Shown here one piece after another: positions 38,807 through 49,773 of a stretch of DNA of 64,000 bases (the stretch's first letter is position 1; every line of letters begins with the position of its first letter). The notes below the pieces were generated by a model that did no database searches, was not told the DNA's origin, and saw only the letters and a program-made list of their open reading frames with translations. The stretch comes from an uncultured Gemmatimonadales bacterium (GTDB taxonomy: Bacteria; Gemmatimonadota; Gemmatimonadetes; Gemmatimonadales; Gemmatimonadaceae): assembly GCA_963851265.1 (NCBI GenBank), contig CAWKNZ010000001.1:187920-251919 (forward strand), in the 5' to 3' direction. The position numbers were made by a program, and so were the translations under genes.

Positions 38807-39487
38807 CTACGCGCCGATCCCCTCCAGCGCGTCCCGGATCGCCGTCCGAAGCCGCTCTTCCCGATCGCCCCGCCCGGGCACGTCCCTCGCGCCCGGGATG
38901 CGCGGCGGCTTGCCCTTCACTGCCGGCCCCGCCGGCTCGTTCGCCAGCACGCCGGCGGACAGCCGCTCGAACCAGGCGAGCATCTCCGCCTCGACCATGC
39001 GGCGCGTGGGCGAGTGTGCGCCGAGCGCCTGCATGTGCGTCACCGCCAGCGTGCGCAGGGCGTCGCGCGTCTCGGCCGCGAGGGCGGCGAGCGTGCGCGG
39101 GTCGGGCGCGGGGGGCGCGGGCGGGGGGGCGTGCGCGCGCGCCGCGTGCACGGCCGCGAACGGTTGCAGGTCGACGACGAACGACCCCGCCGTGTGTTCG
39201 CGATAGCCGGCCACCACGTGGCGGCGCGAGAGGGACGAGAGCAGGTCGAGGATGCCCTGGCGGACGACGCTCACCCCGTCGACGCTCCGCTCGCCACGCC
39301 CGGTGATCACGAGGACCTCGCGCGTGCCCGCGGCCTGCTGTTCCCGCAGCCAGCTCTCGCAGCGCGTGACGGCCTGCGACCGGGTGGGGAGGTGCGATCG
39401 CAAGTTGAGCGTGCGGGTGGGCCCGAAGGCCAGCTCGTCGAACGCCTGGGCGAGCGAGGCGAGGCCCGGCTTGCGGGGCGGCGGCAT
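38807..39487 (-). CDS. Smr/MutS2-like domain protein with a C-terminal helical extension
   Basis: TLNLR...A...ESWL...VLVITGRG..S..G...R and GSFVV. Confidence 0.8.
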   Translation of the reverse strand: MPPPRKPGLASLAQAFDELAFGPTRTLNLRSHLPTRSQAVTRCESWLREQQAAGTREVLVITGRGERSVDGVSVVRQGILDLLSSLSRRHVVAGYREHTAGSFVVDLQPFAAVHAARAHAPPPAPPAPDPRTLAALAAETRDALRTLAVTHMQALGAHSPTRRMVEAEMLAWFERLSAGVLANEPAGPAVKGKPPRIPGARDVPGRGDREERLRTAIRDALEGIGA

Positions 39488-39587
39488 CAGACGGAGAGCG
39501 CCGTGACGCGCTGCCGCGGCCCTCGCCCCGGCCGCCGGTCGCGCGGCGGATGTCGGGGAGCCCGCGGCAGCGGGTGAACGCCGGTCG

Positions 39588-40364
39588 CTACGTCCGACAT
39601 CGCACGGCCTCCAGCAGGGTGTCCGCGTAGTCCACGCCGGCCACGGTTCGCGAGCCGTGCCACGACAGCAGCTCTCCATCCGCGAAGTGAAACCGCTCGC
39701 GAGGCAGCCCGGTTTCCGCGGCCAGCTCGTCCGCATGCCGCTCGGCGAACGGGAACGGCTCGCTCGACAGCAGCACGGCATCGGGGTCCGCTTCGCGCAG
39801 CCCGTCCGCGGTCACCTCGGGGTAGCGGTCGCGCGCCGCGCCGAACACGTTGGTCCCGCCGGCCTGGTCGAGCAGCGCCGCGACGAAGGTGTCGCCGCCG
39901 GCGGCCATCCACGGCCGGCGCCAGATGAGGTACGCCCACCGCACCGGGCGCTCGCCGCGGGCCGCGCGCGCGGCGGCGCCCGCGCGCACCCGCGCGGTGC
40001 GCGCCTCGATCTCGCCCGCGATCCGCTCCGCCGCGGCCTCGGCGCCTAACGCGGCGCCGACGTCCCGCACCATGGCCGCGGTCTCGGGCGCGTCGCGCGG
40101 GAAGCTCACGTGCAGCGGCACGCCCGCCGCGGCGAGCGCCTCCGCGTCCTCGCGGCGGTTCTCCTCCTCGTTCAGCAGCACGAGGTCGGGGCGGAGCGCG
40201 ACGACGCGGTCGAGCTTGGGGTTCTTGGTCCCGCCTAACGCCTCGACGGTCGCGACGCGGTCGGCGGGGTGGACGCAGAACTTGGTGCGCCCCACGAGCG
40301 CGTCGCCGCAGCCGAGGTCGAAGACGAGCTCGGTGAGCGAGGGGCAGAGCGATACGACACGCAT
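39588..40364 (-). CDS. helical-backbone metal receptor (BtuF-like cobalamin/Fe-siderophore-binding fold), no signal peptide
   Basis: RVVSLCPSLTE, GRTKFC.HP, GGTKNP, L.PDLV and SSEPFPF. Confidence 0.85.
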   Translation of the reverse strand: MRVVSLCPSLTELVFDLGCGDALVGRTKFCVHPADRVATVEALGGTKNPKLDRVVALRPDLVLLNEEENRREDAEALAAAGVPLHVSFPRDAPETAAMVRDVGAALGAEAAAERIAGEIEARTARVRAGAAARAARGERPVRWAYLIWRRPWMAAGGDTFVAALLDQAGGTNVFGAARDRYPEVTADGLREADPDAVLLSSEPFPFAERHADELAAETGLPRERFHFADGELLSWHGSRTVAGVDYADTLLEAVRCRT

Positions 40365-40379
40365 GCCTACATTCTAGCC

Positions 40380-42281
40380 ATGCCCGCGAGCCCGCGTCCG
40401 CAGCGATCCCCGGCCGCGTCCCCGGCCGCGTCCCCGGCCGCGTCCCCGGTTCGGTACGCGGTCGAGGACTTCTTCGCGACGGTGGCGTGGTACGACGCCT
40501 CGTTCTCGCGCGACGGGCGGCGCGTGCTCGTGTCGGGCAATCCGACCGGCGTGTTCAACGTCTACGCACTCGCGGTGGACGGCGGCGAGCCGCAGGCGCC
40601 GCAGGCGCTCACCGCGTCGAGCGCCGACGCCACGTACGCGGTGAGCTACTTCCGCACCGACGACCGCGTGCTCTACACCGCGGACCGCGGCGGCGACGAA
40701 CTGCACCACCTGTACGTGCGCGAGCTCGACGGCCGGGTGCACGACCTGACCCCGGGCGACGCACTCAAGGCGGGGTTCGCGGGGTGGTCGCGATCGGGGG
40801 ACCGCTTCTTCGTGACGACCAACGAGCGCGACGCGCGCGCGTTCGACGTCTACGAGTACGACGCGCGGGGCTCCGCGGCCGACGGCTACGCGCGCACGAT
40901 GCTCTACCGCAACGACGGCGCGTTCCGTCCCGCGGCCGTCTCGCCCGACGGCCGGTACGTGGCGCTCGCGCGGCCCACCGGCGCATCCGATTCGGACGTC
41001 TACCTCCACGACTGCGCGACCGGCGGCACCGAGCACCTGACGCCGCATGCCGGCGCGGTGGCGCACGGCGTGGCCGGATTCGACGCCGCCGGCTCCGCAC
41101 TCTATCTCACGACCGACGAGGGGAGCGAGTTCACGCGCCTGGACCGCATCGACCTCGCGACGCGACGGCGCACCACCGTGTTCGCGCCGCCGTGGGACGT
41201 GCTGTTCGCCGAGGCGTCGCGCGACGGCGCGCACCTCGCGGTGGGGGTGAACGTGGACGCGCGCACCGAGCTGCACCTGTTCGCCCTGCCGTCGATGTGC
41301 CCCGTGCCGGCGCCCGCGGTGCCGGGGGCGAGCGTGACGCGCGTGGTCTTCTCGGACGACGGCCAGCGCACGGCGTTCTACGCCAGCAGCAGCCGCGCGC
41401 CGGGCGATCTGTACGTGGCCGCGGTCGCGGGGAGCGCGCCCCCGCGGCGCCTCACGCGCTCCCTCAGCCCGCGCATCGACGCGGCGCACCTCGTCGACGG
41501 GCGGGTGGCGCGCTTCGCGAGCTACGACGGGCTGCAGGTGCCGGGCGTGCTCTACCTGCCCCACGGCGCGCGGCCGGACGCGCCCGTGCCCGCGGTGGTG
41601 ATGGTCCACGGCGGCCCGGGCGGGCAGGCGCGCATCGGGTGGCACCCGGTGGCGCAGCTCCTCGCCAACCACGGATACGCGGTCTACGACGTCAACAATC
41701 GCGGCTCGTCCGGCTACGGCAAGACGTTCTACAGTCTCGACGTGCGCCGGCACGGGGAGGCCGACCTGGGCGACGTGGTCGCGGCGCGCGGGCTGCTCGC
41801 GGGCACGGGCGTGGTCGACCCGGCGCGCGTGGCCGTGATGGGGGCGAGCTACGGCGGGTACCTCGTCCTCGCCTCGCTCATGCTGCACGCGGACGCGTTC
41901 GCCGCGGGGGTGGACCTGTTCGGGCCCGCGGACTGGGTGCGCACGCTCGAAAGCCTGCCGGTGTGGCTCGGGGCGCAGCGCGATGCGCTGTACGCGAAGA
42001 TGGGCGATCCGGCGGCCGACGCCGAGCGGCTGCGGCGCGTGTCGCCCGCGTGGCATGCCGAGCGGATCCGGCGGCCGCTGATGGTGCTGCAGGGCGCGAA
42101 CGATCCGCGCGTGCTGCAGCGCGAGAGCGACGAGATCGTCGCGGCCGTGCGGAGGAACCGGGTCCCGGTGGAGTACATGGTGTTTCCCGACGAGGGGCAC
42201 GGTTTCGTGCGGCGGGAGAACCAGGTGCGCGGGTACGCGGCGGTACTCGCGTTTCTGGAGCGGCACGTCGGACGCGCCTGA
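40380..42281 (+). CDS. S9 family peptidase (acylaminoacyl peptidase-like)
   Basis: Beta-propeller repeats, HGGP, NRGSSGYG, GASYGG, GANDPRV and DEGHG. Confidence 0.94.
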   Translation: MPASPRPQRSPAASPAASPAASPVRYAVEDFFATVAWYDASFSRDGRRVLVSGNPTGVFNVYALAVDGGEPQAPQALTASSADATYAVSYFRTDDRVLYTADRGGDELHHLYVRELDGRVHDLTPGDALKAGFAGWSRSGDRFFVTTNERDARAFDVYEYDARGSAADGYARTMLYRNDGAFRPAAVSPDGRYVALARPTGASDSDVYLHDCATGGTEHLTPHAGAVAHGVAGFDAAGSALYLTTDEGSEFTRLDRIDLATRRRTTVFAPPWDVLFAEASRDGAHLAVGVNVDARTELHLFALPSMCPVPAPAVPGASVTRVVFSDDGQRTAFYASSSRAPGDLYVAAVAGSAPPRRLTRSLSPRIDAAHLVDGRVARFASYDGLQVPGVLYLPHGARPDAPVPAVVMVHGGPGGQARIGWHPVAQLLANHGYAVYDVNNRGSSGYGKTFYSLDVRRHGEADLGDVVAARGLLAGTGVVDPARVAVMGASYGGYLVLASLMLHADAFAAGVDLFGPADWVRTLESLPVWLGAQRDALYAKMGDPAADAERLRRVSPAWHAERIRRPLMVLQGANDPRVLQRESDEIVAAVRRNRVPVEYMVFPDEGHGFVRRENQVRGYAAVLAFLERHVGRA

Positions 42282-42529
42282 GCGCCGAATCTTCGGGCGG
42301 GCTGGCTGCCGGGCGGGCTGACTGCCGAGCGGGTGCGGCGTCTGGCGCGGCCCACCGATCGGGCGCAGACTTCGCGCGCCGCGGAGCCGATCGGAGCGGT
42401 CGCCGGGGCGTCGGCGCGGTCGACGGCCGGGTCGACCGCTCGGCCGCTGCGCCGTGAACGTTCCGGCGGCACCGGCCGTGCACGACCCCACGGCGGCTCG
42501 CCACGGGCCGCACCTCCTTCCCAACGACC

Positions 42530-44728
42530 ATGACCGCTCCCGCCGCCCCCGCGCCGTCCGCGCCCGCCGCCCTGGACGACGCCGCCCTGACCGCGCTCTC
42601 GATCAACGCGATCCGCCTGCTCTCGGTCGACATGATCCAGCAGGCCAACTCCGGGCACCCCGGGCTGCCGATGGGCGCCGCGCCGATGGCCTACGCGCTC
42701 TGGACGCGCTTCCTGCGCTTCAATCCGCGCGACCCGCAGTGGCCCGACCGCGACCGCTTCATCCTCTCGGCCGGGCACGGCTCCGCGCTGCTCTACAGCC
42801 TGTTGCACCTGACGGGCTACGACCTGCCGATGGACGAGATCAAGCGCTTCCGCCAGTGGGGGAGCAAGACGCCGGGGCACCCCGAGCGCGGCCACCACAC
42901 GCCGGGCGTCGAGCTGTCGACCGGGCCGCTGGGGCAGGGCTTCGCCAACGGCGTGGGGATGGCCATGGCCGAGGCGTGGCTCGCGGCGCGGTACAACCGG
43001 CCGGGGCACACGGTGGTGGACCACCACACGTACGCGCTCGTCTCGGACGGCGATCTGATGGAGGGCGTGACGCAGGAGGCCGCGTCGCTCGCCGGGCACC
43101 TCGGGCTGGGCAAGCTGGTGTACCTCTACGACCAGAACCACATCACGCTGGCGGGCGAGTCGAGCCTCACCTTCACCGAGGACGTGGCGAAGCGCTTCCA
43201 GGCGTACGGGTGGCACACGCGGCAGGTGACGAACGGGAACGACCTCGAGGACATCGCCCGCGCGATCGAGGAGGCGCGCGCCGAGACCTCGCGCCCGTCG
43301 CTCATCCTCGTGCAGACGCAGATCGGCTACGGCTCGCCCAAGAAGCAGGGCACCTTCCACGTCCACGGCTCGCCGTTAGGCCCCGACGAGGTCGCGGCCA
43401 CCAAGGCGGCGCTCGGCTGGCCCTCGCAGGAGCCGTTCTTCCTCCCGCCCGAGGTGGTCGAGCGCTTCCGCCGGGCGGTGCCGGCCGGCGCGGCGGTGCA
43501 GGCGGAGTGGCAGGCGCGGATGGACGCGTACGCCGCGTCGTACCCCGACGAGGCGGCCGAGTTGACGCGCGCGTGGCGCGGCGAGCTGCCCGCGGGCTGG
43601 GCGGACGGGCTGCCCACGTGGGCGGCGGGCGCGAAGCCGATCGCCACGCGCGCGGCCGGCGGGCAGGTGCTCAACGCGCTCGCCAAGGCGGTGCACAACA
43701 TCGTCGGCGGGTCGGCCGACCTCAACCCGTCGACCAACACCGCGATGGCCGGCGGCGGCGACTTCCAGCCGTCGTTAGGCGCGGGCGCGGCCGCGACGGT
43801 GACCGACTCCCGGGTGCAGGGCGCGGTGGGCGGCCCGTGGGGGTACGCGGGGCGCAACATGGCGTTCGGCATCCGCGAGCACGCGATGGGCGCGGCGGTC
43901 AACGGCATGGCCGCGCACGGCGGGGTGATCCCGTTCGGCGCGACGTTCTTCGTGTTCAGCGACTATCTCAAGCCGGCGCTGCGGCTGGCGGCGATGTCGG
44001 AGCTGCACGCGATCTACGTCTTCACGCACGACTCGATCGCCGTCGGCGAGGACGGGCCGACGCACGAGCCGGTGGAGCAGCTGGCCGGCCTGCGCGCGAT
44101 CCCGCAACTCGTGACGCTCCGCCCCGCCGACGCGAACGAGACGGCCGAGGCCTGGGCGGTGGCCGTGTCGCGGCCCGCGGCGACGGCGCTCGTGCTGTCA
44201 CGCCAGAACCTGCCCATCCTCGACCGCTCGGGGGCCAAGGGGCGCGTGGCGCAGGGCGGGTACGTGCTCGCCGACGCGGAGGGCGGGGCGCCCGAGGTGC
44301 TGCTCATCGGCACCGGCTCGGAGGTCGCGCTCTGCGTCGACGCGCGCGAACGGCTCAAGGGCTACGGCGTGCGCGCGCGCGTGGTGAGCCTGCCGAGCTG
44401 GGAGCTGTTCGCGCAGCAGCCGGCGGAGTACCACGAGCAGGTGCTGCCGCGCGCCGTGCGGGCGCGGGTCGCGGTCGAGGCCGCGTCGCCGCTCGGCTGG
44501 GAGCGCTTCGTGGGGATGGACGGGGCCATCATCGCGCTCGACCGGTACGGCGCGTCGGCGCCGGGCGAGGAGGTCATGCGCCGCCTCGGCTTCACGGCCG
44601 AGCGGGTGACCGCGGCCGCCCTGCGGCAGCTCGGTCGGGAGGCGGATGCCGCGAAGGAGGAGGCGGGCAACGCGGAAGGCGGGCAGACCGCCGTCGCGCC
44701 GACGCCGTCGCCGGCGGGGCACTCGTAA
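42530..44728 (+). CDS. tkt: transketolase
   Basis: [38 protein letters not shown] and [12 protein letters not shown]. Confidence 0.97.
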   Translation: MTAPAAPAPSAPAALDDAALTALSINAIRLLSVDMIQQANSGHPGLPMGAAPMAYALWTRFLRFNPRDPQWPDRDRFILSAGHGSALLYSLLHLTGYDLPMDEIKRFRQWGSKTPGHPERGHHTPGVELSTGPLGQGFANGVGMAMAEAWLAARYNRPGHTVVDHHTYALVSDGDLMEGVTQEAASLAGHLGLGKLVYLYDQNHITLAGESSLTFTEDVAKRFQAYGWHTRQVTNGNDLEDIARAIEEARAETSRPSLILVQTQIGYGSPKKQGTFHVHGSPLGPDEVAATKAALGWPSQEPFFLPPEVVERFRRAVPAGAAVQAEWQARMDAYAASYPDEAAELTRAWRGELPAGWADGLPTWAAGAKPIATRAAGGQVLNALAKAVHNIVGGSADLNPSTNTAMAGGGDFQPSLGAGAAATVTDSRVQGAVGGPWGYAGRNMAFGIREHAMGAAVNGMAAHGGVIPFGATFFVFSDYLKPALRLAAMSELHAIYVFTHDSIAVGEDGPTHEPVEQLAGLRAIPQLVTLRPADANETAEAWAVAVSRPAATALVLSRQNLPILDRSGAKGRVAQGGYVLADAEGGAPEVLLIGTGSEVALCVDARERLKGYGVRARVVSLPSWELFAQQPAEYHEQVLPRAVRARVAVEAASPLGWERFVGMDGAIIALDRYGASAPGEEVMRRLGFTAERVTAAALRQLGREADAAKEEAGNAEGGQTAVAPTPSPAGHS

Positions 44729-44750
44729 GAGGCCGGCGCGCGGCGGCGCA

Positions 44751-44781
44751 GGGCGCGGGCGCGTTGGTGGCGCCCGCGCCC
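44751..44781 (+). terminator. GC-rich hairpin after tkt
   Basis: GGGCGCGGGCGC-7 nt loop-GCGCCCGCGCCC. No clear U-tract. Confidence 0.35.
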
Positions 44782-44865
44782 GGGTTGGCGTGATGCCGGC
44801 GGGGGCGTAGCGTAGGAGTGGGCGTGCCGTCGCGGCCGCCTGGCCCACCCCCTCCCCGCCCCCGC

Positions 44866-47800
44866 ATGCGCTCCCGCCCCCTGCTCGCCGCCGCGCTGTT
44901 CGGGCCGGCGTTGCTCGCCGCCGCTCGCCCGACCGCAGCGCCGGCCCAGCCCGCGGTGGCCCCCGCCGCCGGGCCGGTCGCCCAAGCACGCCCCTCGTTC
45001 GCGGACCCGTCCCTATCGCCCGACGGGCGCGAGATCGCCTTCGTCTCGGGCGGCGACATCTGGACCGTGCCGGTGGACGGGGGCGACGCCCGGCTGCTCG
45101 TCGCCCACCCCGCCACCGAGAGCCGCCCGCTCTACTCGCCCGACGGGCAGCGGCTCGCCTTCGTCTCGACGCGCACGGGTAACGGCGACGTGTACGTGCT
45201 CGAGCTGCGCACCGGCGTGCTCACCCGCGTCACCTACGACGACGCCCCCGAGACGCTCGACGCGTGGAGTGCGGACGGCCGCTGGCTCTACGTGTCGAGC
45301 AGCGCGGGCGACATCTCGGGGATGTCGGACGTGTACCGCGTGCGGGCGCCGCTCCCGGGCTCCGGGCACGCGGCCGGCACGCCGATGCCGGTGGCCGGCG
45401 ACCGCTACGCGAGCGAGTACTGGGGCGCGCCCTCGCCCGACGGCGCGCTGCTCGCCATCACCGCGCGCGGTATCGTCTCGGCGCAGTGGTGGCGGCACGG
45501 GCACAGCCACCTCGACGAAAGCGAGATCTGGCTCGTGCGCCCCGACGCGGCGGGCGGGCCCGCGTACACGCCGGTCACAGCCGGCGGGGCCAAGAGCGCG
45601 TGGCCGATGTGGGCCGCCGACGGGCGCACGCTCTACTTCATGAGCGACCGGTCGGGAGCGGAGAACCTGTGGGCGCAGCCGCTCGCCGACGGGCGCCCGG
45701 CGGGCGAGGCGCGGCAGGTCACCACGCTCCGAGATGGGCGCCTGCTCTGGCCGTCCATCGCGCGCGACGGGCGCTCCGCGGTGTTCGAGCGTGACTTCGG
45801 CATCTGGCGCGCCGACCTCACCACCGGCAGGGCCGTGCAGGTGCCCATCGCCCTGCGCGGCGCGCCCGCCGGAGTCGGCACCGAGCATCTGACGCTCACC
45901 ACGGGGTTTCACGAGCTGCAGGTCGCGCCCGACGGGCGAAAGCTCGCCGTCACCGCGCGCGGCGAGGTGTTCGCCGGCATCGCCCGCGACGTCACGCCCG
46001 CGGGCGGGGCGGGGGCGGCTGGCGGTGCGCCAGGCCCGTCCGTCGCGGCGGGCGCGAGTGCCGGCGGCGACGCGATCCGCGTGACCAACACGCCGGGTGC
46101 CGAGGAGGGGCTCGCGTGGAGTCCGGACAGCCGCCGCGTCGCGTACGCGTCGGAGCGCGACGGGCGCTGGCGCCTCGTGCTCTACGACTTCGTGCGGCGG
46201 CGCGAGACCGTGCTCACCGCCGGGGGCACGAGTGCGAGCGGGCGCGGCGACGTGGGCCCGCGCTGGTCGCCCGACGGGCGCGCGATCGCCTTCGTGCGCG
46301 ACGGGCGCGAGCTGCGCGTGGTGGACGTCGACTCCGCGGGCGCGGGGGCGCGCGAGCGGCTGCTGGCGACCGCACTCTTCACCCGGCCGCCGTTCGACAG
46401 CCCGCGCTCCGTGGCGTGGAGCCGCGACGGCCGCTGGCTGGCGTACGTGGCGCCTGACGGACCCCGCGGCTTCGCGAACGTGCGCGTCGTGCCCGCCGCG
46501 GGCGGTCCGAGCCGCGCGCTCAGCTTCGTCGCCAACGCCGCGGGGGGTGACCTGTCGTGGAGCCCCGACGGAACCGCGCTCTACTTCGTGACGGGGCAGC
46601 GCACCGAGAGCGGGCAGGCGGCGCGCATCGACCTCGTGCCGCGGCCGGCACGCTTCCGCGAGGACCAGTTCCGCGACCTGTTCGCGCCCCCGGGCACGCC
46701 CCCCAGCCCGCCGGGCACGCCCGCGCGCGACAGCACCGCGCGCAGCGCGCCGGGCGCGGCCCGCGTCGACTCGGCCCTCGCCGCGCGGACCCCCTCTCCC
46801 ACCGACTCGGCGGCCCGCCGCGGAACGTCGCCGGCCACGCCGGTCGCCAAGCCCGTACGCATCGAGTTCGAGGGCATCCGCCAGCGCCTCACGGTGCTCC
46901 CCACGGGTGTGGACGTGCGCGCGCTCGACGTGAGCCCCGACGGGCGGCAGCTGCTGCTGGTGGCCGAGGCGGCGGGGCAGCAGAATCTGTGGACGTGGTC
47001 GCTCGACGAACTCGCGCGCGAGGCGCCGGTGGCGCGGCAGCTGACGAGCACCGCCACGCCCAAGGCCGACGCGCAGTGGAGCGCCGACGGCCGCGAGGTC
47101 TACTATCGCGAGGGCGGGCGGCTGTTCGCCGTCGGTGTGGACACCCGCGCCACGCGCCCCATCCCGGTCAGCGCGGAGATGGACGTCGACTTCGACCAGG
47201 AGAAGATCGTCGTCTTCCGCGAGGCGTGGACCATGCTGCGCGACCATTTCTACGATCCGGAGTTCCACGGTGCCGACTGGAACGCGGCGCGCGACCGCAC
47301 GGCGCCGCAGGTGGCCGGCGCGCGCACCGCCGACGAGCTGCGCCGCGTGCTGAACCTGATGATCGGCGAGCTGAACGCGTCGCACTCGGGCGCGGGCGGC
47401 GCGCCGCCGCAGCCGACGCCGGTCACGGGGCGGCTCGGCGTGCGTTTCGACCGCGCGGCCGCCGAGCGGGACGGCACGCTGCGCGTGCGCGAGGTGTTCG
47501 CGCTGGGCCCGGCCGCGATCGCCGGCGTGCACCCGGGCGACGCGGTCGTCGCCGTCGAGGGGCGCCCGCTCGCGCCCTCCGACAACCTCGACGAGCGCCT
47601 CGCCTACACGGTAGGCCGGCGCGTCGCACTCACGGTCGCGGCGCCAACCGGCATGCGGCGCGAGGTCGTCGTGCGCCCGGTCGGTCTCGGCGCGGAGAAG
47701 CGTCTGCTGTACCGCGCGTGGGTCGAGTCGCGGCGCGCGTACGTGGACTCGGTCAGCGGCCACCGCCTCGGCTACGTGCACCTGCCCGACATGAGCGCCG

Positions 47801-48333
47801 AGTCGCTCACGCAGCTCTACGCCGACCTCGACGCCGAGAACCAGGCGCGCGAGGGCGTGGTGGTCGACGTGCGCAACAACAACGGCGGGTTCATCAACGC
47901 CTACGCACTCGACGTGTTCGCGCGCCGCCCGTACCTCACCATGCAGCGCCGCGACATGCCCGCCGTCTCGGCGCGCGCCGTGCTCGGCCAGCGCACGCTC
48001 GAGCGGCCCACGGTGCTCGTCACCAACCAGCACTCGCTGTCCGACGCGGAAGACTTCACCGAAGGCTACCGCGCGCTCGGGCTCGGCCGCGTGGTGGGCG
48101 AGCCGACGGCCGGGTGGATCATCTACACGTCCGGCACCACGCTCGTGGACGGCACCACGCTGCGGATTCCGTACACGCGCATCCGCGGCGCCGACGGGAC
48201 CGACATGGAACGGCACCCGCGCGCGGTGGACGTGGCCGTGACCCGGCCGGTGGGAGAGAGCTACACGGGGCGCGACGTGCAGCTGGACGCGGCGGTGCGC
48301 ACGCTGTTGGGCTCGGTGCGCGCGTCCCGGTGA
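44866..48333 (+). CDS. tricorn-like S41 protease (TolB/PD40 propellers, PDZ, S41 domain)
   Basis: Many SPDG repeats, GELNASH, a PDZ segment, DVRNNNGG, SDAEDF and G.VVGEPT.G. Confidence 0.92.
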   Translation: MRSRPLLAAALFGPALLAAARPTAAPAQPAVAPAAGPVAQARPSFADPSLSPDGREIAFVSGGDIWTVPVDGGDARLLVAHPATESRPLYSPDGQRLAFVSTRTGNGDVYVLELRTGVLTRVTYDDAPETLDAWSADGRWLYVSSSAGDISGMSDVYRVRAPLPGSGHAAGTPMPVAGDRYASEYWGAPSPDGALLAITARGIVSAQWWRHGHSHLDESEIWLVRPDAAGGPAYTPVTAGGAKSAWPMWAADGRTLYFMSDRSGAENLWAQPLADGRPAGEARQVTTLRDGRLLWPSIARDGRSAVFERDFGIWRADLTTGRAVQVPIALRGAPAGVGTEHLTLTTGFHELQVAPDGRKLAVTARGEVFAGIARDVTPAGGAGAAGGAPGPSVAAGASAGGDAIRVTNTPGAEEGLAWSPDSRRVAYASERDGRWRLVLYDFVRRRETVLTAGGTSASGRGDVGPRWSPDGRAIAFVRDGRELRVVDVDSAGAGARERLLATALFTRPPFDSPRSVAWSRDGRWLAYVAPDGPRGFANVRVVPAAGGPSRALSFVANAAGGDLSWSPDGTALYFVTGQRTESGQAARIDLVPRPARFREDQFRDLFAPPGTPPSPPGTPARDSTARSAPGAARVDSALAARTPSPTDSAARRGTSPATPVAKPVRIEFEGIRQRLTVLPTGVDVRALDVSPDGRQLLLVAEAAGQQNLWTWSLDELAREAPVARQLTSTATPKADAQWSADGREVYYREGGRLFAVGVDTRATRPIPVSAEMDVDFDQEKIVVFREAWTMLRDHFYDPEFHGADWNAARDRTAPQVAGARTADELRRVLNLMIGELNASHSGAGGAPPQPTPVTGRLGVRFDRAAAERDGTLRVREVFALGPAAIAGVHPGDAVVAVEGRPLAPSDNLDERLAYTVGRRVALTVAAPTGMRREVVVRPVGLGAEKRLLYRAWVESRRAYVDSVSGHRLGYVHLPDMSAESLTQLYADLDAENQAREGVVVDVRNNNGGFINAYALDVFARRPYLTMQRRDMPAVSARAVLGQRTLERPTVLVTNQHSLSDAEDFTEGYRALGLGRVVGEPTAGWIIYTSGTTLVDGTTLRIPYTRIRGADGTDMERHPRAVDVAVTRPVGESYTGRDVQLDAAVRTLLGSVRASR

Positions 48334-48374
48334 GGGCGCGTATCGTTGTCGGCTCCACCACCCGTCCTGGAATC

Positions 48375-49733
48375 ATGCACCGTCGTCCCCTCGCGCGGGC
48401 GCTGCCCGCGTCGTCGCTGCTCCCGGCCCTGCTCCCGGCCCTGCTCCTCGCGGGCGTCGCGCGCGCCCAGTCCGGGCCCAACCCCGACGCGGCGATCGCC
48501 CGCGGCGCGACCGCCGTACTGCCCAAGGTCGTCGCCTGGCGGCGCGACCTGCACGAGCACCCCGAGCTCTCCAACCAGGAGGTCCGCACGTCGGGGATCG
48601 TCGCCGCCGAGCTGAAATCGTTAGGCGTCGAGGTCCACCCCGGCGTCGGCGGGCACGGCGTGGTGGGCGTGCTGCGCGGCGGGCGGGCGGGCAAGGTGGT
48701 CGCGCTGCGCGCCGACATGGACGCGCTGCCCGTGACCGAGCAGGTCGACCTGCCGTTCAGGTCGACCGTGCGCTCGACCTACAACGGGCAGGACGTGGGC
48801 GTCATGCACGCGTGCGGCCACGACATGCACACCGCGATGCTCATGGGCGCGGCGGAGGTGCTCGCGGGCATGCGGGCGACGCTCCCGGGCACGGTGGTGT
48901 TCCTCTTCCAGCCCAACGAGGAGGGCGAGCCCGGCAAGCCGAGCGGCGCGCGGGCGATGCTGAACGCGGGCGTGATGGACGGGAGCGCCGCCGCGTTGGG
49001 CATTCCGAAGCCCGACGCCGTGTTCGGGCTGCACGTGGGCATCACGCCCGACGAGGTGGGGCACCTCACCTACCGGCCCAACGGCTTCATGGCGGGCGCG
49101 GACTTCATGCGCGTCGTGATCCGCGGGCGGCAGACGCACGGCGCGGCGCCGTGGGCCGGCGTCGACCCGGTGGTGGCGGCGAGCTACGTCGTCACCGCGC
49201 TGCAGACCGTGGTGAGCCGGCAGGTCGACCTCACGGCCGGGCCCGCGGTGGTGACCGTGGGCGCGCTCAACGCGGGGGTGCGCAACAACATCATCCCCGA
49301 CAGCGCCGTCCTGTTGGGCACCATCCGCACCTTCGACCCGGCCGTGCGCCGCGACGTGCAGGCGCGCGTGCGACGCGCCGTCGAACTGACCGCCGAGGGG
49401 CAGGGCGCGACGGCCGCGGTCACGATCGAGGAGATGACGCCGGTGACGGCCAACGACCCCGCGCTCACGGCGCGCATGGTCGCCACGCTGCGGCGCGCGG
49501 CCGGCGACGCGGGGGTGAGCGAGGGGCGTCCGGTCACCGGCTCCGAGGACTTCGGCTACTTCGCGGAGCGCGTGCCCGGGCTGTTCGTGTTCCTCGGCGT
49601 GCGGCCCAAGGGGAGCCCGGCGAGCGCGTTCGTGAGCAACCACAGCCCCAAGTTCTTCGCCGACGAGGGGGCCCTGCCGGTGGGCGTGCGCACGCTCGCG
49701 TCGCTCGCCGCGGACTACCTGGCGGGGCGATAG
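48375..49733 (+). CDS. M20D amidohydrolase, secreted
   Basis: RRDLHEHPEL, LRADMDALP, MHACGHD, FQPNEE, SEDF and NHSPKF. Confidence 0.94.
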   Translation: MHRRPLARALPASSLLPALLPALLLAGVARAQSGPNPDAAIARGATAVLPKVVAWRRDLHEHPELSNQEVRTSGIVAAELKSLGVEVHPGVGGHGVVGVLRGGRAGKVVALRADMDALPVTEQVDLPFRSTVRSTYNGQDVGVMHACGHDMHTAMLMGAAEVLAGMRATLPGTVVFLFQPNEEGEPGKPSGARAMLNAGVMDGSAAALGIPKPDAVFGLHVGITPDEVGHLTYRPNGFMAGADFMRVVIRGRQTHGAAPWAGVDPVVAASYVVTALQTVVSRQVDLTAGPAVVTVGALNAGVRNNIIPDSAVLLGTIRTFDPAVRRDVQARVRRAVELTAEGQGATAAVTIEEMTPVTANDPALTARMVATLRRAAGDAGVSEGRPVTGSEDFGYFAERVPGLFVFLGVRPKGSPASAFVSNHSPKFFADEGALPVGVRTLASLAADYLAGR

Positions 49734-49773
49734 CCGAGTAGCGCGCTCGGCGCCGAGCCGAGAGATTGGCGGG

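Noticed and set aside
30298..49733. Peptidase-rich stretch (CocE, M28, S9, S41, M20D) as a dedicated pathway or biosynthetic cluster
   Set aside because: The orientations are mixed, unrelated genes are interspersed, and I saw no precursor peptide or synthetase.
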